In this document: positions 40,888 to 53,939 of the stretch, in pieces
Numbering within the stretch: the stretch's first letter is position 1
Layout of the letters: each line of letters starts with the position of its first letter
Origin: Octopus vulgaris
Taxonomy: Eukaryota
Assembly (NCBI GenBank): GCA_951406725.2
Contig: OX597817.1
Coordinates: 46,190,001-46,254,000 of the forward strand
Direction of reading: 5' to 3'
Length of the DNA stretch: 64,000 bases
Translations under genes and position numbers: made by a program
The notes under the pieces: model-generated
Told to the model about the DNA's origin: nothing
Databases searched by the model: none
What the model saw: the letters and a program-made list of their open reading frames with translations, nothing else

Positions 40888-41216
40888 ATAAGGGTAGAAA
40901 TTGATATTAATCAATTAAAACCAGTGGCCTAGTTTTTTTTTTTAAATCCGAAGATGAAAATTTCTTTACATACAAAATATAGAGGACTGACCACTAAAAG
41001 AGGAGAGCCTATATGCTAAATATAGACGTCAAAATCGCCATTTTCCACGAAGAGTGTGTTCTCAAGAAAAAGCTCAGCAAAAGAAAAACAAAATGTAAAA
41101 ATGCTGAGTTTTTTCTTGAGAACACATTCTTCGTGGAAAATGGTGATTTTGACGTCTATATCTAGCGTATAGGCTGTCTACTTTTAGTGGTCAGTCCTCT
41201 ATATTTTGTATGTAAA
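40879..41216 (-). mobile_element. Non-coding fold-back element: 115-bp arms (40965-41079 / 41102-41216) plus an unpaired 3' tail
   Basis: Arms differ at about 8 positions. The tail 40879-40960 resembles the 3' end of the 27478-28006 unit (actggtttta.attga...aatat.aattt...ccct). Confidence 0.8.
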
Positions 41217-41220
41217 TATA

Positions 41221-41262
<42 letters not shown>

Positions 41263-41265
<3 letters not shown>

Positions 41266-41462
41266 CGCCATAATGGACCGTTAGCTCTTACTCGCATTTT
41301 TTTCTCTCCTTGTTTCTTTTCTGTGTATCTTTCTGTGGAAGAGCATAGGCTCGAAACGTATAAGACTTGTTCTATTTCTATTCCTGAGTGCCATACTAAT
41401 ACATTTGTTTGTTTGTACTCCACCTGCCTTCGTCTTTTGTTTATTTTCGTAAACCTTCCCGT
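41263..41462 (+). mobile_element. Solo 3' terminus (pLTR fragment) related to the 37509-40770 PLE
   Basis: Reverse complement aligns with 37509-37722 with many substitutions; flanked by (TA)n. Confidence 0.85.
41328..41365 (+). ncRNA. Minimal PLE-type hammerhead, CUGUGGA core variant
   Basis: tcttt-CTGTGGA-a-gagc atag gctc-GAAA-cGT-A-taaga. Confidence 0.65.
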
Positions 41463-41517
<55 letters not shown>

Positions 41518-42516
41518 ATGGGGAGATTTCACAAAAATACAAAAGACGAAGACAGGTAGGTCCATAAAATTTGTCAGTCGGACTAGTCTACGGGAGAATA
41601 ACCCTTCCTCTTCAAAGCTCAAAGAGAGTATATTATTTAAAGAGTGTATATTATTACAAATTTACTGACTGTAACGGTTTTCTACCTCCAGTATGAAGAG
41701 AGGTTATTTGCCCTCCGCCATTAGAGCCTGACGAGTCGTTTATAAATCTGAGTGCTTTATGGATGCGACGCCATTGGTAATTCTATTATGGGACATACAT
41801 TTAACTACGTTAAGGATAGCGGAATCCAACTCCAAAATCCCCCTCTGTTTTGCGAAAACGGAGAAAGCATTGGATAATATAATCATAAATGAAATATATG
41901 TTAGAAGCGATTGTTTTGATGTCGTTTATAATCTATTTAACTCCCTTTCGACCGAGGATTAAATAATAACGATAATATACATAAACTGGAGAATTATTGC
42001 TTACATGAAACCGCGGTATGGGGCATTTAAGAGAAGTTTACTAGAAATCATTGACTTCGATGCATAACTACACATTTTAAGAAAAATAGGTGATATCAAA
42101 TATACTGACATGTTACAGATAAGCAGGCATTCATAAGCTCAGCATTCATAAAATTATGTAATACGTTGCGACAATATGACCTCATCCAGTGTACCAGAGA
42201 CGAATACTAGCGAACGGTGACACGTTGGTTAAATAAAAGAAAAGCAACAAGTGACATCTCTAATCAGAATTGTCCCCATTTAAATAATGTAAAGTGCGTA
42301 GGAGTATAATTTAGTGATCACGAGAGTAGATAGCAGATTGAGATTGAGTATGTGTCTTTATTTGTTCAACTACCACCATTTGACAACCTATATTGGTTTG
42401 TTTACATCCTCGTAGCATAGCAATTCGGCAATAGAAAAAATGTAAGTTACCGGTGTCGATTTATTCGGCTAAAACTCTTCAATGACTGATACAAGTAAAA
42501 GACATAACAGAAAATA

Positions 42517-42942
42517 AGGCGGCGAGCTGGCAGAAACGTTAGCGTGCCTGGCGAAATGCTTAGCGGTATTTCGTCTGCCGCGACATTCTGAGTTCAAATT
42601 CCGCCGAGGTCGACTTTGCCTTTCATCCTTTCGGGGTAGATTAAATAAGTACCAGTTACGCACTGGGGCCGATGTAATCGATTTAATCCGTTTGTCTGTC
42701 TTTGTTTGTCCTCTCTGTGTTTAGCCCCGTGTGGGTAGTAAAGAAAATAGGTATTTCGTCTGCCGTTACGTTCTGAGTTCAAATTCCGCCGAGGTCGATT
42801 TTGCCTTTCCTCTTTTAGGGGTCGATAAATAAAGTACCAGTTACGCACGCACTGGGGTCGATGTAATTGACTTAATCCCTTTGTCTGTCCTTGTTTGTCC
42901 CCTCTATGGTTAGCCCCGTGTGGGCAATAAAGAAATAAGAAA
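42517..42942 (+). mobile_element. SINE family B dimer
   Basis: Head plus two units joined at aaagaaaatag|gtatttcgtctgcc. Confidence 0.9.
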
Positions 42943-44051
42943 TAACAGATGTTAAGCATTTTAGATCATAATCTGGAGCGGTTCTGTTTAATGTTTGCGT
43001 TTAAATTCTCTAGAATTAACTCGCCCCTTTTTTCTTCTTACATCGATTTCCTTAAGTAATAGTAATTGTGTCGTAATTTGGTCATGACCAACAGCATGGA
43101 ATAAGATGGACTCTGCAAGAATTCCTTACGCTTGACATACTGTATGAAGATGAAAATATAAAGGACAGCCTCATACATGACTGGGTTCTTTTCGATGGGT
43201 TTAACCATATTTACAATAATGTCATATACACACTATAGTTAAATGTTGCTGAAAACCTCTTATAAACATAATAGCAACAGTTAATGGATGGATATACATA
43301 AGTCAATTGAACTCTCTTTCTCCGAACTGATCTGTAACTATAGCAACCTGATATTGAGGAATGTAATCCTGAGAGGAGATTACAATAAATGAAATTACTC
43401 TATGATCATGTTGGTCATATACTGTCAAATAAACATGGTTAGTATATACATAGAAATTGATTAGGCCTCATATACAGATATGGTGGACACGTAAAAACAT
43501 ATTTAATGTCATCAGGAATCAATCAAAGTATGTAATAGATATTGATTTTATTTCACTTTTGCATTGATTCGCCGTAGAATAATAAAAAGATATCCTCCGG
43601 TTTTATAGGTATTTTGGTTGCGTAGAACGTTCTGAAATATAAATTGAAAACATGCGCCTATTCAATTATACTGTAGCTATTCCGAAACTTTATTTTTTTT
43701 TTCTCTTTTACAAATATATGAAGACAGCGTTGCAGAAGATTAGATAATATACACACGCGCTCAAACACGTGTCTGGGTAAGGTTTTCTGTATTATCGTGT
43801 GTAATATAAAATATATTCAATACATGCATTCATTCTGTATAAAACATAACATCTTCATGACGTAGTATAATGAATTATATGTCTGTGCGTTTGTATGTAC
43901 AGTTATACACATGTATAATTACAAAACTATATAGAGATAAATATATACATGAAAACATGCTCCCATAGATACGCAAATTCACATACAAGCCTATACACTC
44001 AGCAATGTATACATATAAACATTTATACATATATATACATGTATATATATG

Positions 44052-44140
<89 letters not shown>

Positions 44141-45273
44141 ATACATATATAATATTTTCATTCCCCTAGATATATTTGTATATACAAAGCATAATTATTT
44201 ATATGACTCATTATATTTTGAAAACATTCTCCAACGTATCACACTATAGAAAATATAATGTCCCTTGTACCTATGTACATAATGATAAATTGCAGAAAAT
44301 GCATTAATATATATTTTAAAAAGAAATAATAAGATGTATCTATCAGTTGTGACAGGCTTTATCTCTTAAAAAGCTTCTCCATTTTGTTGGTGTCTCCCTA
44401 ACGACCAGAAAATTGGTAGTATTTCCACGTAAGAATTTGCAGCGTAATCTACGCATATTGACAGGTATGAAAATGAATGCTATCCCATAGAATCCATCCG
44501 TTAACCATTCTCATTTATTTAGTTCGATGTAACCAATTTCCTTTCTTTTCTATGAGACAGGGGATTTAAGAATAAATATTCTTGGCTTCTGCTGTTTCAA
44601 TAGCTGAAAAGATATCTCCCATTACGTCAATGAAGTAATTTGAAATACTTAAGGATATTTAGATAACTTATATTAAATGTCTCAGCCATATGGAAGAGGT
44701 ATTGAATGATTGCTATAAATTATAGATTCCAGCCTGTTTGATATGCTAATAGCTATTATGTATTAAGATCTATTTTTATCTACTGACGTAATGCATTATC
44801 TTTGAACTTAACTTATGTAAACCCTAATGGAATTAAAGTTCTGATGCGAAAATAATGAAGTTACTTTGCAGAGAGATTTCTGTCAAGTATTAAAGATTAA
44901 TGTCTCTCTAGCAAAATTATTTAGTTGAAAGAAAGTTCTAGTCGATGCCGTGGTCGGGAATAAAGAAAACAGAATTCATGTTTTACTAGAAAATCAGATT
45001 GGCGTGCCTTAGTTTCAGTATATGCGAGTCAGAAGAGAATAAATTTAAAACATACATTCTATGATAAAAGCAATAAGTAAAATGGAATAAGTATATCCTA
45101 CTGAGTAAAACTGAATATTATTATAGAGGGATATTATTGAATAGAACTATTTTGTTAGATTCTACAAGCAGCTTATGGTCGCATCTATAAGGCTTTTGCT
45201 TCTTTTTTAAAACTGAAGTTGTTTACTTTATAACGATTAGAAAATACTCCAGTTTTTTAAAAATGTTAAACAC

Positions 45274-45420
45274 AGGCGCAGGAATGACTGTGTGGCAAAA
45301 AGCTTGCTTCTAAACCACATGGTTTCGAGTTCAGTCCCACTGTGTGGCACCACGGGCAAGTGTCTGGTAGTATAGCCTCGGGCTGAACAATGCCTTGTGA
45401 GTGGATTTGGTACACGGAAA

Positions 45421-45475
<55 letters not shown>

Positions 45476-45700
45476 TGTGTGTGTGTGTGTGTGTGTGTGT
45501 ATGCATTTATGTATATATGTATATATGTATGTATGTATGTATGCATGTATGTATGTATGTGTGTGTGTGTGTGCTTGTGTTTGTCCCCCAACATCGCTTG
45601 ACAACTGATGTTGCTGTTTACGTTCCCGTCACCTAGTAGTTCGGGAAAAGAGGGACGGATAGAATAAGTACTTGGCTTACAAAGAATAAGTCCTGTATCG
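45274..45700 (+). mobile_element. SINE family A
   Basis: Colinear copy with an expanded internal microsatellite. Confidence 0.85.
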
Positions 45701-45711
45701 TGCAAAAATGC

Positions 45712-46000
45712 ATTTATTAGCATATAAGCATCTTGCTAGTCTTTCTGAAATTCTATTAATGAGTTTCTCATTGATCCACAAAATGCACAGTGTTTCTTAG
45801 GAGCATAACCTGTATCTCCTGGAAACGGCATTGTGTAGTTGTTCGTGTCTTGCTATGGACCAAGTGAGATTATATTTGCTCTTGTCGTCTTTAAGTTGCC
45901 ACACAAAACCAGCCAAATATGCTTAGTGCCTCTTGTTCATTTTGCTGATTCTGGCGACATGGCTTCGATATCGGTTCTTGAACGAATTAGCCGTTGGACC
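45712..46000 (-). pseudogene. Decayed PLE GIY-YIG C-terminal region (Naiad-like)
   Basis: Hand translation through stops: GPTANSFKNRYRSH...RH*AYLAGFVWQLKDDKSKYNLTWSI...RYRLCS*ETLCIL...LINRISERLARCLYANK. Confidence 0.7.
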
Positions 46001-47392
46001 AGTGAGCCTGACAAGATGCTTACCTATTAGTAAATGCAATTTAGCAAGAAGCTGGCAAACAACATGAAGGAATCTAGACCCTTTAACTTCGTGTTTGTCT
46101 TGGTCATAAAAGATCATAGGGGATTTTGCTCTGCATTATGACTTTTAGCTAGTGATATCGGCCTCTCATTCTCTCATGCTGACACAAATCTTGTTCAAAT
46201 GTTAGCCTCCTACACTCTCAAACCGTCTTTCATTTCTTGGAATGGATGGAGGATTTTGTGCAAACCTCACTGTAATCCTCAGTTTCGTTTTAAGCTATTG
46301 TGAATAAGATACACAACTGGTTCTGAGTAAAAGTTCGGTTAGGTTATGTCTCTTTGACAAGCCTACAGTAAAGACCGTTTTAAACCATAATCCATCAGTG
46401 TATACAATAGAATATACCTCTCTTCTAGATATCATTCACACGCAACTTAAATATCTTGCACGAAGCTTTCCCGGGATTAATGAAACCGCAAGATTAATAG
46501 GGATCTAGAATGGAGATGTGGCAACTTAATCTCACAACTCAAAGCGGCTATGGCATTGTCACGACATATCAAAAATAGTTGGCGTAACTGTAAATATCTT
46601 GTTAGGTCAGTGATATAGCCTTAACTACATCAACCAATAGACATATATTTTCAGATTGCAGAACGTGAATTAAAAGAAATAGAGGAAAACGATGGGATAT
46701 ATTCTCAGAGTGGAGTGAGTCGAAGCGATTAACGCGAAACAATTTATCTGACGCTGCAACGGCTAAACAATTACGACGCCACAGACACACCTGTATACGT
46801 CCATACAGGCATATATATATATATGCATTATGCATGTAAGTATGTATGTATGCATTATGCATGTAGGTATGTATATATATATCTAATATAGGATAGAGTT
46901 TTTAGAAAAAACTTCTATCAATGGCAAGCATGTTAAAATTACGATCAAAGGTTAAATTTATATACAATTTATAATTAAGGGGTATGAGTAAGTATTTCAC
47001 ATATGGTTATTGACGCAGTGTCCATTTTCGGCATATTTTAGCATTAGGAATTTTTTTCTTTTTCCCTTACTTATAAATTATATATATATATATATATTAT
47101 AATTAAGTGCTACTGAAAAGCCAACGCGTGCGCTAGAAGTAGACGTCAAATACCTTGCGCTGATTTTTTCCAGTATCCCTTAAATATAATAATATTTTTA
47201 TAATTGTATACTTAAATCAATTTTACGTATAGTCTCATTTGTATGCGCTACGCCACTGATATAAATACTTTTATGATTATATATTGATCTTATAAATACA
47301 TATATAATAAGATGTACCTCTGTGTAAACATGTATACGTCTGCATGTATATATATATATGTGTGTGTTGTGTGTGTGTATGTATGAATATAT

Positions 47393-48046
47393 ATGGACAA
47401 CAACATAAGCTGGGCTACACATATAAGCAGCAAAGTTGACATGGCCCGCAGAATGTGTTCCTGGATTCTCAGAACCTTCCAGTCGAGAGATTCCCACGCT
47501 ATTATCCTTCTCTTCTCCACTTTTGCCCGACCCCACCTTGAATACTGCTGTCCACTGTGGTCTCCCTACACAAAACAAAATATTATGAGAATTGAAGCTC
47601 CCCAAAGGTCAATCACAAAAAAGATAGATGGCATGTCAGACCTTGACTACTGGGGTAGACTAGAGAAGCTGAAATTGTATTCACTCCAACGACGTCGTGA
47701 ACGCTACATTATCTGTATGATGTGGAAAATATTCCATCAGCACTGTCCGAATGATGTTGGCATCACCTTCAAAATACATCCAAGGCTTGGACCACGTGCC
47801 ATCCGTCCACAACAAAAATCTAAATCGCATCACATAACGACAATACGGCACAACTATTTCACCTCAATTGGACCCGCTCTCTTCAACATTACACCAGGAC
47901 ACGTCAAAAAAGAAACTGACCACACAAAATTCAAGAAGTCTTTGGACAAATTCCTTCAAACAGTACCGGACAAACCACCCACACCCGGATATGTCTCTGC
48001 AAACAATAACTCTCTGCTCGAATGGGCCTTGGTGCCCAAATCCTGA
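47393..48046 (+). pseudogene. CR1-group LINE ORF2 C-terminal fragment (5'-truncated)
   Basis: ISWATHI...WILRTF...RPHLEYCCPLWSPY...IEAPQR...YWGRLEKLKLYSLQRRRERY...FKKSLDKFL. Confidence 0.92.
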
Positions 48047-48130
48047 ACTGAAAGACTTCGCCGGGTGGTGCTATTAAGTTAGACATGGCCTGGGCCAATA
48101 CTGGCCAAAACCTTTCTAAGTTATCTAAGT

Positions 48131-48132
<2 letters not shown>
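47393..48132 (+). mobile_element. 5'-truncated CR1-group LINE with short 3' UTR
   Basis: ORF2 tail, ~80-bp UTR, (tctaagtta)2 terminal repeat running into (TA)n. Confidence 0.88.
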
Positions 48133-48163
<31 letters not shown>

Positions 48164-48176
48164 GTGTGTATGTATG

Positions 48177-48257
<81 letters not shown>

Positions 48258-48774
48258 GTACATATATCTACCTATGTATATGTGTATGTATGTGTGAGTG
48301 GAAACACGCATACAAGCGAGGTAAGAGATGGAAACGAAAATACAGGAGACACAAGATGCAAATTTTGCTGTCTCAGCATATGCATCTTATTGTGCATCGA
48401 CTTGTGCAAAAACGTGTTAGAATATCAGAGCAAAATAATCTAATAACACAGTACCGCAGACCGTGTAAAAGTTAGTATAACTTTCATGTAATTTCCAAAT
48501 ATGAATTCCTTACAAACACATGGCATTTTCTTAGAATGTATTTTTATACGTTTCTTTGGATTCAGTAATCTAATTCTGTTATACATTATTTACGCTATCA
48601 AATCATATTTTGATCTATCGATCACAGAACTCTAAATCAAAACACATCAGTCAGATTCCATTCTAACATTTTTCTGTTAGAGTTATATATGATTTCAAGG
48701 AAACAGAAATCTCTAATAATTTGGTTCAGAAGTGTTATGAATGAATAACAGATTCAGCTTAAATGTAATCGTTA

Positions 48775-48913
48775 GCGGCGAGTTGGCAGAAACGTTATCG
48801 TGGTCGATAAATTAAGTACCAGTTTCACACTGGGTTCGATGTAATTGACTTGATCCGTTTGTCTGTCCTTGTTTGTCCCCTGTATATTTAGCCCCTTGTG
48901 GGCAGTAAAGAAA
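48775..48913 (+). mobile_element. Internally deleted SINE family B
   Basis: Head joined directly to gtcgataaattaagtaccag and tail. Confidence 0.8.
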
Positions 48914-49119
48914 TATATACCTTCCCTATCTTGGAATAGGAGATATCTACTAACACGATAAACAAATGGGGAAGAGATACCACCACACCTCCTCGCTGTG
49001 ATAAAACATGTTGTCTCTGCTATAGCAGCGTGAAAGATATTAACCACGTCATCTGCAGCTGTCCAAAGATTTCCACACCATAGTGAGTTATACCATGGTT
49101 TTTTTGCTTTGTGGCAGTA

Positions 49120-49282
49120 GAAAGAAGGAGTGAGAGAAAGTTGTGATGAAAGTACAGCGGGTGTTGTGGAGCTTAGGTGTTTTTGCTAAAAAAAACACTC
49201 ACAATGCGCGGTCTGGGAATCGAAATCGCGTTCTTACGACCGTGTGTCCACTGCCCTAACTACTGGGCCATTGCGCCTCCAC
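49120..49282 (-). mobile_element. SINE family C 5' part
   Basis: ggaggcgcaatggcccagtagttagggcag head on the minus strand. Confidence 0.75.
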
Positions 49283-49532
49283 TGCGCTGTTTTAGAGGTC
49301 AGCCGTTGTGTAGATGTGACTGTGCAATCAAAAAGTCAGGAAAAAGAAAACATTTATGATGAATTAATGCGGAACTTACAGCTCTTGTACCCTGACTAGG
49401 AATTCTCATTTGAATTTATCATTAGAATACATTACGTTATGTACAAACAAATTTATACAAAATCCTACCAATTAGTGGGTTTTACGAAGAAAAGGCAAAA
49501 AAAATATTTGAAGCGGATTCTCCAAATGCAAT

Positions 49533-49766
49533 CTTATGTCTTTATTGCCGTCAAGGGGCTAAACATAGAGGGGGAAAACAAGGGCAGACAAAGGGATTAA
49601 GTCGATTACATCGACCCAAGTGCGTAAATGGTACTTATTTAATCGACCCCGAAAGGATGAAGGGCAAAGTCGACCTCGGCAGAATTTGAACTCAGAACGT
49701 AACGGCAGACGAAATACCGCTAAGCATTTCGCCCGGCGTGCTAACGATTCTGCCAGCTCGCCGCCT
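49533..49766 (-). mobile_element. SINE family B monomer
   Basis: Colinear copy. Confidence 0.9.
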
Positions 49767-50098
49767 TCTGTTGTTTTTAAATGGAACTTCAAGACTGTTG
49801 CTAGCATTATAGAAGAAAGTAATACAATTTTGCTAAGTGAATCGACAATATCGTCCTACATGCAGATTTGTAATCATTGGACAATATAATATATTTTGTG
49901 TAAATGCATGAACAAACAAGATTCTTTTCCATTTCTTTTATGTCACCGACTATACTTGGATAAGCATTCATTGTCCTCATCTTACAATGCTTCCGGAAAA
50001 TACATCTTATGACTAACACCAAATACCGAATGATTCACAGGTACACGTACACGATGACAAAACTAGTGAAATGGTCTTTCGCAAAAATGCATGTATAC

Positions 50099-50197
<99 letters not shown>

Positions 50198-51124
50198 TCT
50201 GTTTGAGTACGTGCGAGCATGTGTGTGTTTGAAGGTTTTCTAATTCGTGTGTATGAAGATGTGCAACAAAATGACGTAACACATCTTAATGCAGAAGGCA
50301 ATATAATACACTGTAGTAGGACATCAACAATAAATCTATTAATCTAGCACTCGGTCTATAACATACTTGGTACAATTTGTTTTCAAATGATGTCGTCTCA
50401 TAGAAATCTTGTTAAAGTCGATGTTATTGTCTTCCGGAAATAATTCGGAATTGATTTCAATCTGAAAATGTTTTTAAAAAATTTTTTTTGTTGTAGTTGA
50501 CGTTGTTAATACTGTTTTTATTGTTTGTTTTTGTTTGCTTCATTGTATTCTCTTTTTCTTTTACTGTTCTAAAGATCGTGTTTGATATTCACTGATTATT
50601 CGATAAAGTTCACAAACGTCAAAGGACATTTTTAAAGCGGAAGTTTAAAACAGATGTGATATCTGCGATAGCTTTCGACGTGTTGTTATACTAATCGATA
50701 AAAGTGAAACAAATGGCAGTTCGAATTAATTTCTAGTTTATGTAATTCATTTTTTCTTAACTTACTTCAGGCATTGCTATAATATAATATAATGTTACGA
50801 TTTGAAATATTACGTTCTTATTGGTCAGGCCTGGTAGGTTGCTCGAGGTTTTGTTTTGTTCCTCCCATTATATCGATAACTAGTTTTACGAGGAGATAGC
50901 AAGCGTGGAAATGTTTCTACAGGAAGACAGTTCACTCAGTGAAATTCGTTTTCAAAAATTTGTTTCCTGAAAACTTAGAGCTGAGGTCTCAGAAATGGAT
51001 TTTGTTTCCTGGTCTTGTACCAGATACGGTCGTACTAATGGTTAGCCAGGAAGATTTAAACCAATAGTGATTATCAATTTTCTTGACTCTGAGAGAAGTT
51101 TGACAATCCGCTTGGTCAAAATAT

Positions 51125-51412
51125 TGTTTGTTCCATTTCCATCCATGATTCGCTCATAAGGGCCGGTTTCCCGGTTTCCTTGGCGTATATGTTCCCCACT
51201 TGGACGGGACGGCGGTCCGTCGCAGGTGAGCTACAAGATGCAGGAGGAAAGAGTGAAAGAAAGTTGTGGCGAAAGAGTCAGCAGAAGTTCGCCATTACCT
51301 TCTGTCGGAGCCGCGTGGAGCTTAGGTGTCTCGCGAATAAACAAAAAGAGATTCGAACATGCGATCCCTCGACCGCGAGTCCTCTGCTCTAACTACTAGG
51401 CCATGTGCCTCC
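51125..51412 (-). mobile_element. SINE with family C-type head/body and a family D-type 3' part
   Basis: TSD gtcaaaatat at 51115 and 51415; 3' part cctgcgacggaccgccgtcccgtcca...aaccgg is shared with 30405-30480. Confidence 0.8.
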
Positions 51413-51887
51413 TAGTCAAAATATACGTACCTTTATTTCAATAAAATTATACGTATAGCTTGGTTATTAACCTACAATTGTCGGTGAACGGAATGTGTTA
51501 ATATACATATTTAGTGTTTTCTAGAAATTTAGGCGTTTATTTTCATGTATTTATCTCAGAAATGTGTTGTTCAATATCAAGTACAATTGTGAGTCCAAAA
51601 CGAGAACATAGAGCAAGCAGGGTTAAATAGAGCGTAAAACAACAAAAAGACTTTTAACAAAAGCAATTCACAGTATTCGTAAGATGGTATCACCTGTTGA
51701 AGTGTAACAGCATTATGATACAATATTTAAAACTTACAAAGTAGACACCAGCTGGTACACATTACATGTTGAATGTTTAGAATGAGGTACTGTGATAATT
51801 CCTCATAAAATGTTTCTGATATTTAGTTCCCATTTGCGCAAAACAATGACATGTGATATAAGTATACAAGAATAGGCAATTGTTTTC

Positions 51888-52486
51888 TATTTCTTTACTA
51901 CTTAGAAGGGGCTAAACACAGAAGGTCAAACAAGGACAGGCAAACGGATTAAGTCAATTATATCGACCCCAGTGCGTAACTGGTATTTAATTTATCGACT
52001 CCAAAAGGATGAAAGGCAAAGTCGACCTCGGCGGAGTTTGAACTCAGAACGTAGCGGCAGACGAAATGCCTGTTTCTTTATTACCCACTAGGGGCTAAAC
52101 ATAGAGCGGACAAACAAGGACAGACAAACGGATTAAGTCGATTACATCGACCCCAGTGCGTAACTGGTACTTAATTTATCGACCCCGAAAGGATGAAAGG
52201 CAAAATCGACCTCGGCGGAATTTGAACTCACAACGTAACGGCAGACGAAAAACCTATTTCTTTACTATCCACAAGGGGCTAAATACAGAGAGGACAAACA
52301 AGGACAGACAGACGGATTAAGTCGATTATATCGACCCCAGTGCGTAACTGGTACTTATTTAATCGACCCCGAAAGGATGAAAGGCAAAGTCAACCTCGGC
52401 GAAATTTAAACTGAGAACGTAACGGCAGACGAAATACGGCTACGCATTTCGCCCGGCGTGCTAAAGTTTCTGCCAGTTCGCCGCCT
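51888..52486 (-). mobile_element. SINE family B trimer with a 19-bp TSD
   Basis: One head plus three ~185-bp units; agaataggcaattgttttc at 51869-51887 and 52489-52507. Confidence 0.93.
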
Positions 52487-53939
52487 TTAGAATAGGCAAT
52501 TGTTTTCGAGGAGCCGACCGCATGAGACATGGTTCTTTATCAGGTGAACCACCGTACTACATAAGTTCAAGATAATTTTTCATTGGGATGCCATCCAGAG
52601 AATCCCGCGGAGTACGCTTTGTCCATAACTACCTTAGAATATCAAAATGGATCTGCTATGAAAAGCGTGATAAGCGCAATAACTGGGTATCAGGTGACCA
52701 TTAATGAGGAATGGTTATCTATTTCTAAACCAAAATCTATACCTACATTCGAACCACTCATGACTAGACTTCTTCAAGTACGTTTTTCAAGGTATATTTT
52801 ATATCTATTAGTTACCCATCAATAACTGTCATTGCAATACGTAATAAATACTTAATGTGATATTTCGCGATTTCCTTTAACTGCACTTAACACTAACAGA
52901 TATGTCACCGAGAAAATTAAATTTAGATATATTACAATGTTCAAAAAGATAATATCAATCATTTCTCTACAGAAATAATATTACCAAATTGATGTAACAC
53001 GATAGTCAGTGTTTTAGTGAGTGGGAATATATAACATAATTTTATAATTTAAAGAAACTGATAAATTTGGTTAAACAGAAATATAGCAATTTTCCAGTCG
53101 TTTTTATGACAAACAGACAAATTATCTATAATTATATTCATTAAAATATTTCCAGCTGAATTATTCTAAAACATAACTAAATTCGTCTGTTCCTTATCTT
53201 TTGTTAATTGAATTAGACCATTCCTAAGAAATCGTGCATACAATAACTATGAAGTATACATCGTACGAAACAATTCAATATGCAAAATGAAACGAAATTT
53301 CGTCAGGTTAAGTAAAATGTGAGAGTGTTTCTTAATCTGATTTCCAACCCTAACTCATTCAATGTTATTCTATATATGTTCAAAAATTTCAACCTATTTC
53401 TTCTCCCAATTGTATTAGATATGAATGTCTTTTTTCTCGTAAATACACTAAGGCTGTGTTGGTATAACTCGAAATGTATGCGGAATGTTAGAAAATGTTC
53501 CTATATCTGAGAAGAATTTCTTTTATTTCGTAAGTTATTTTCCTATGCATTTAAAGATCTATATGCGCATCCATACTTTAACTTAATTATATGAGTATAT
53601 TTTCTTTCTATCTCACACCTTTTATTACTTCCTAGCAGTACTATCAGATGAATGCTAGGTATTGATACAGAATTGCACCAACTTCAGCATTCGACACTCA
53701 GAAGAGAAGAGATTGGTTCAATTCTATCGTCAACCTATTTTTATGAACGTTGCATAATGACCGAATGAGTGCGATCGCATATAGAAGCGGACAAAACGGG
53801 CTTCCCTCCGATGGTTCATGGGAGTGACGTTAGTCGACAGAGTGCTGATCCTGGAGATCAAAGAATCTTTTCAGGTCAAATCACTGCTTGCTTACATTGA
53901 GATCTCACAGCTCCAGTAGTACAGATATGTGATTAGAAT

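Noticed and set aside
37509-41462. 41263-41462 as the inverted pLTR of the adjacent PLE insertion
   Set aside because: It is too diverged from 37509-37722 and separated by (TA)n and another element, so it is more likely an independent insertion.
41727-41775. ctgacgagtcg...cgacgcca as a hammerhead
   Set aside because: GAAA is absent and there is no stem I or III; it lies in a degenerate inverted repeat (41560-41750).
51888-52486. Regularly spaced repeats as a CRISPR array
   Set aside because: The units are ~185-bp SINE bodies with no unique spacers, in a eukaryotic context with no cas genes.
52583-52825. Possible host exon (also 9309-9581, 15178-15432, 59727-60142)
   Set aside because: No recognisable domain or consistent splice structure by eye. 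Small exons cannot be excluded without RNA-seq.
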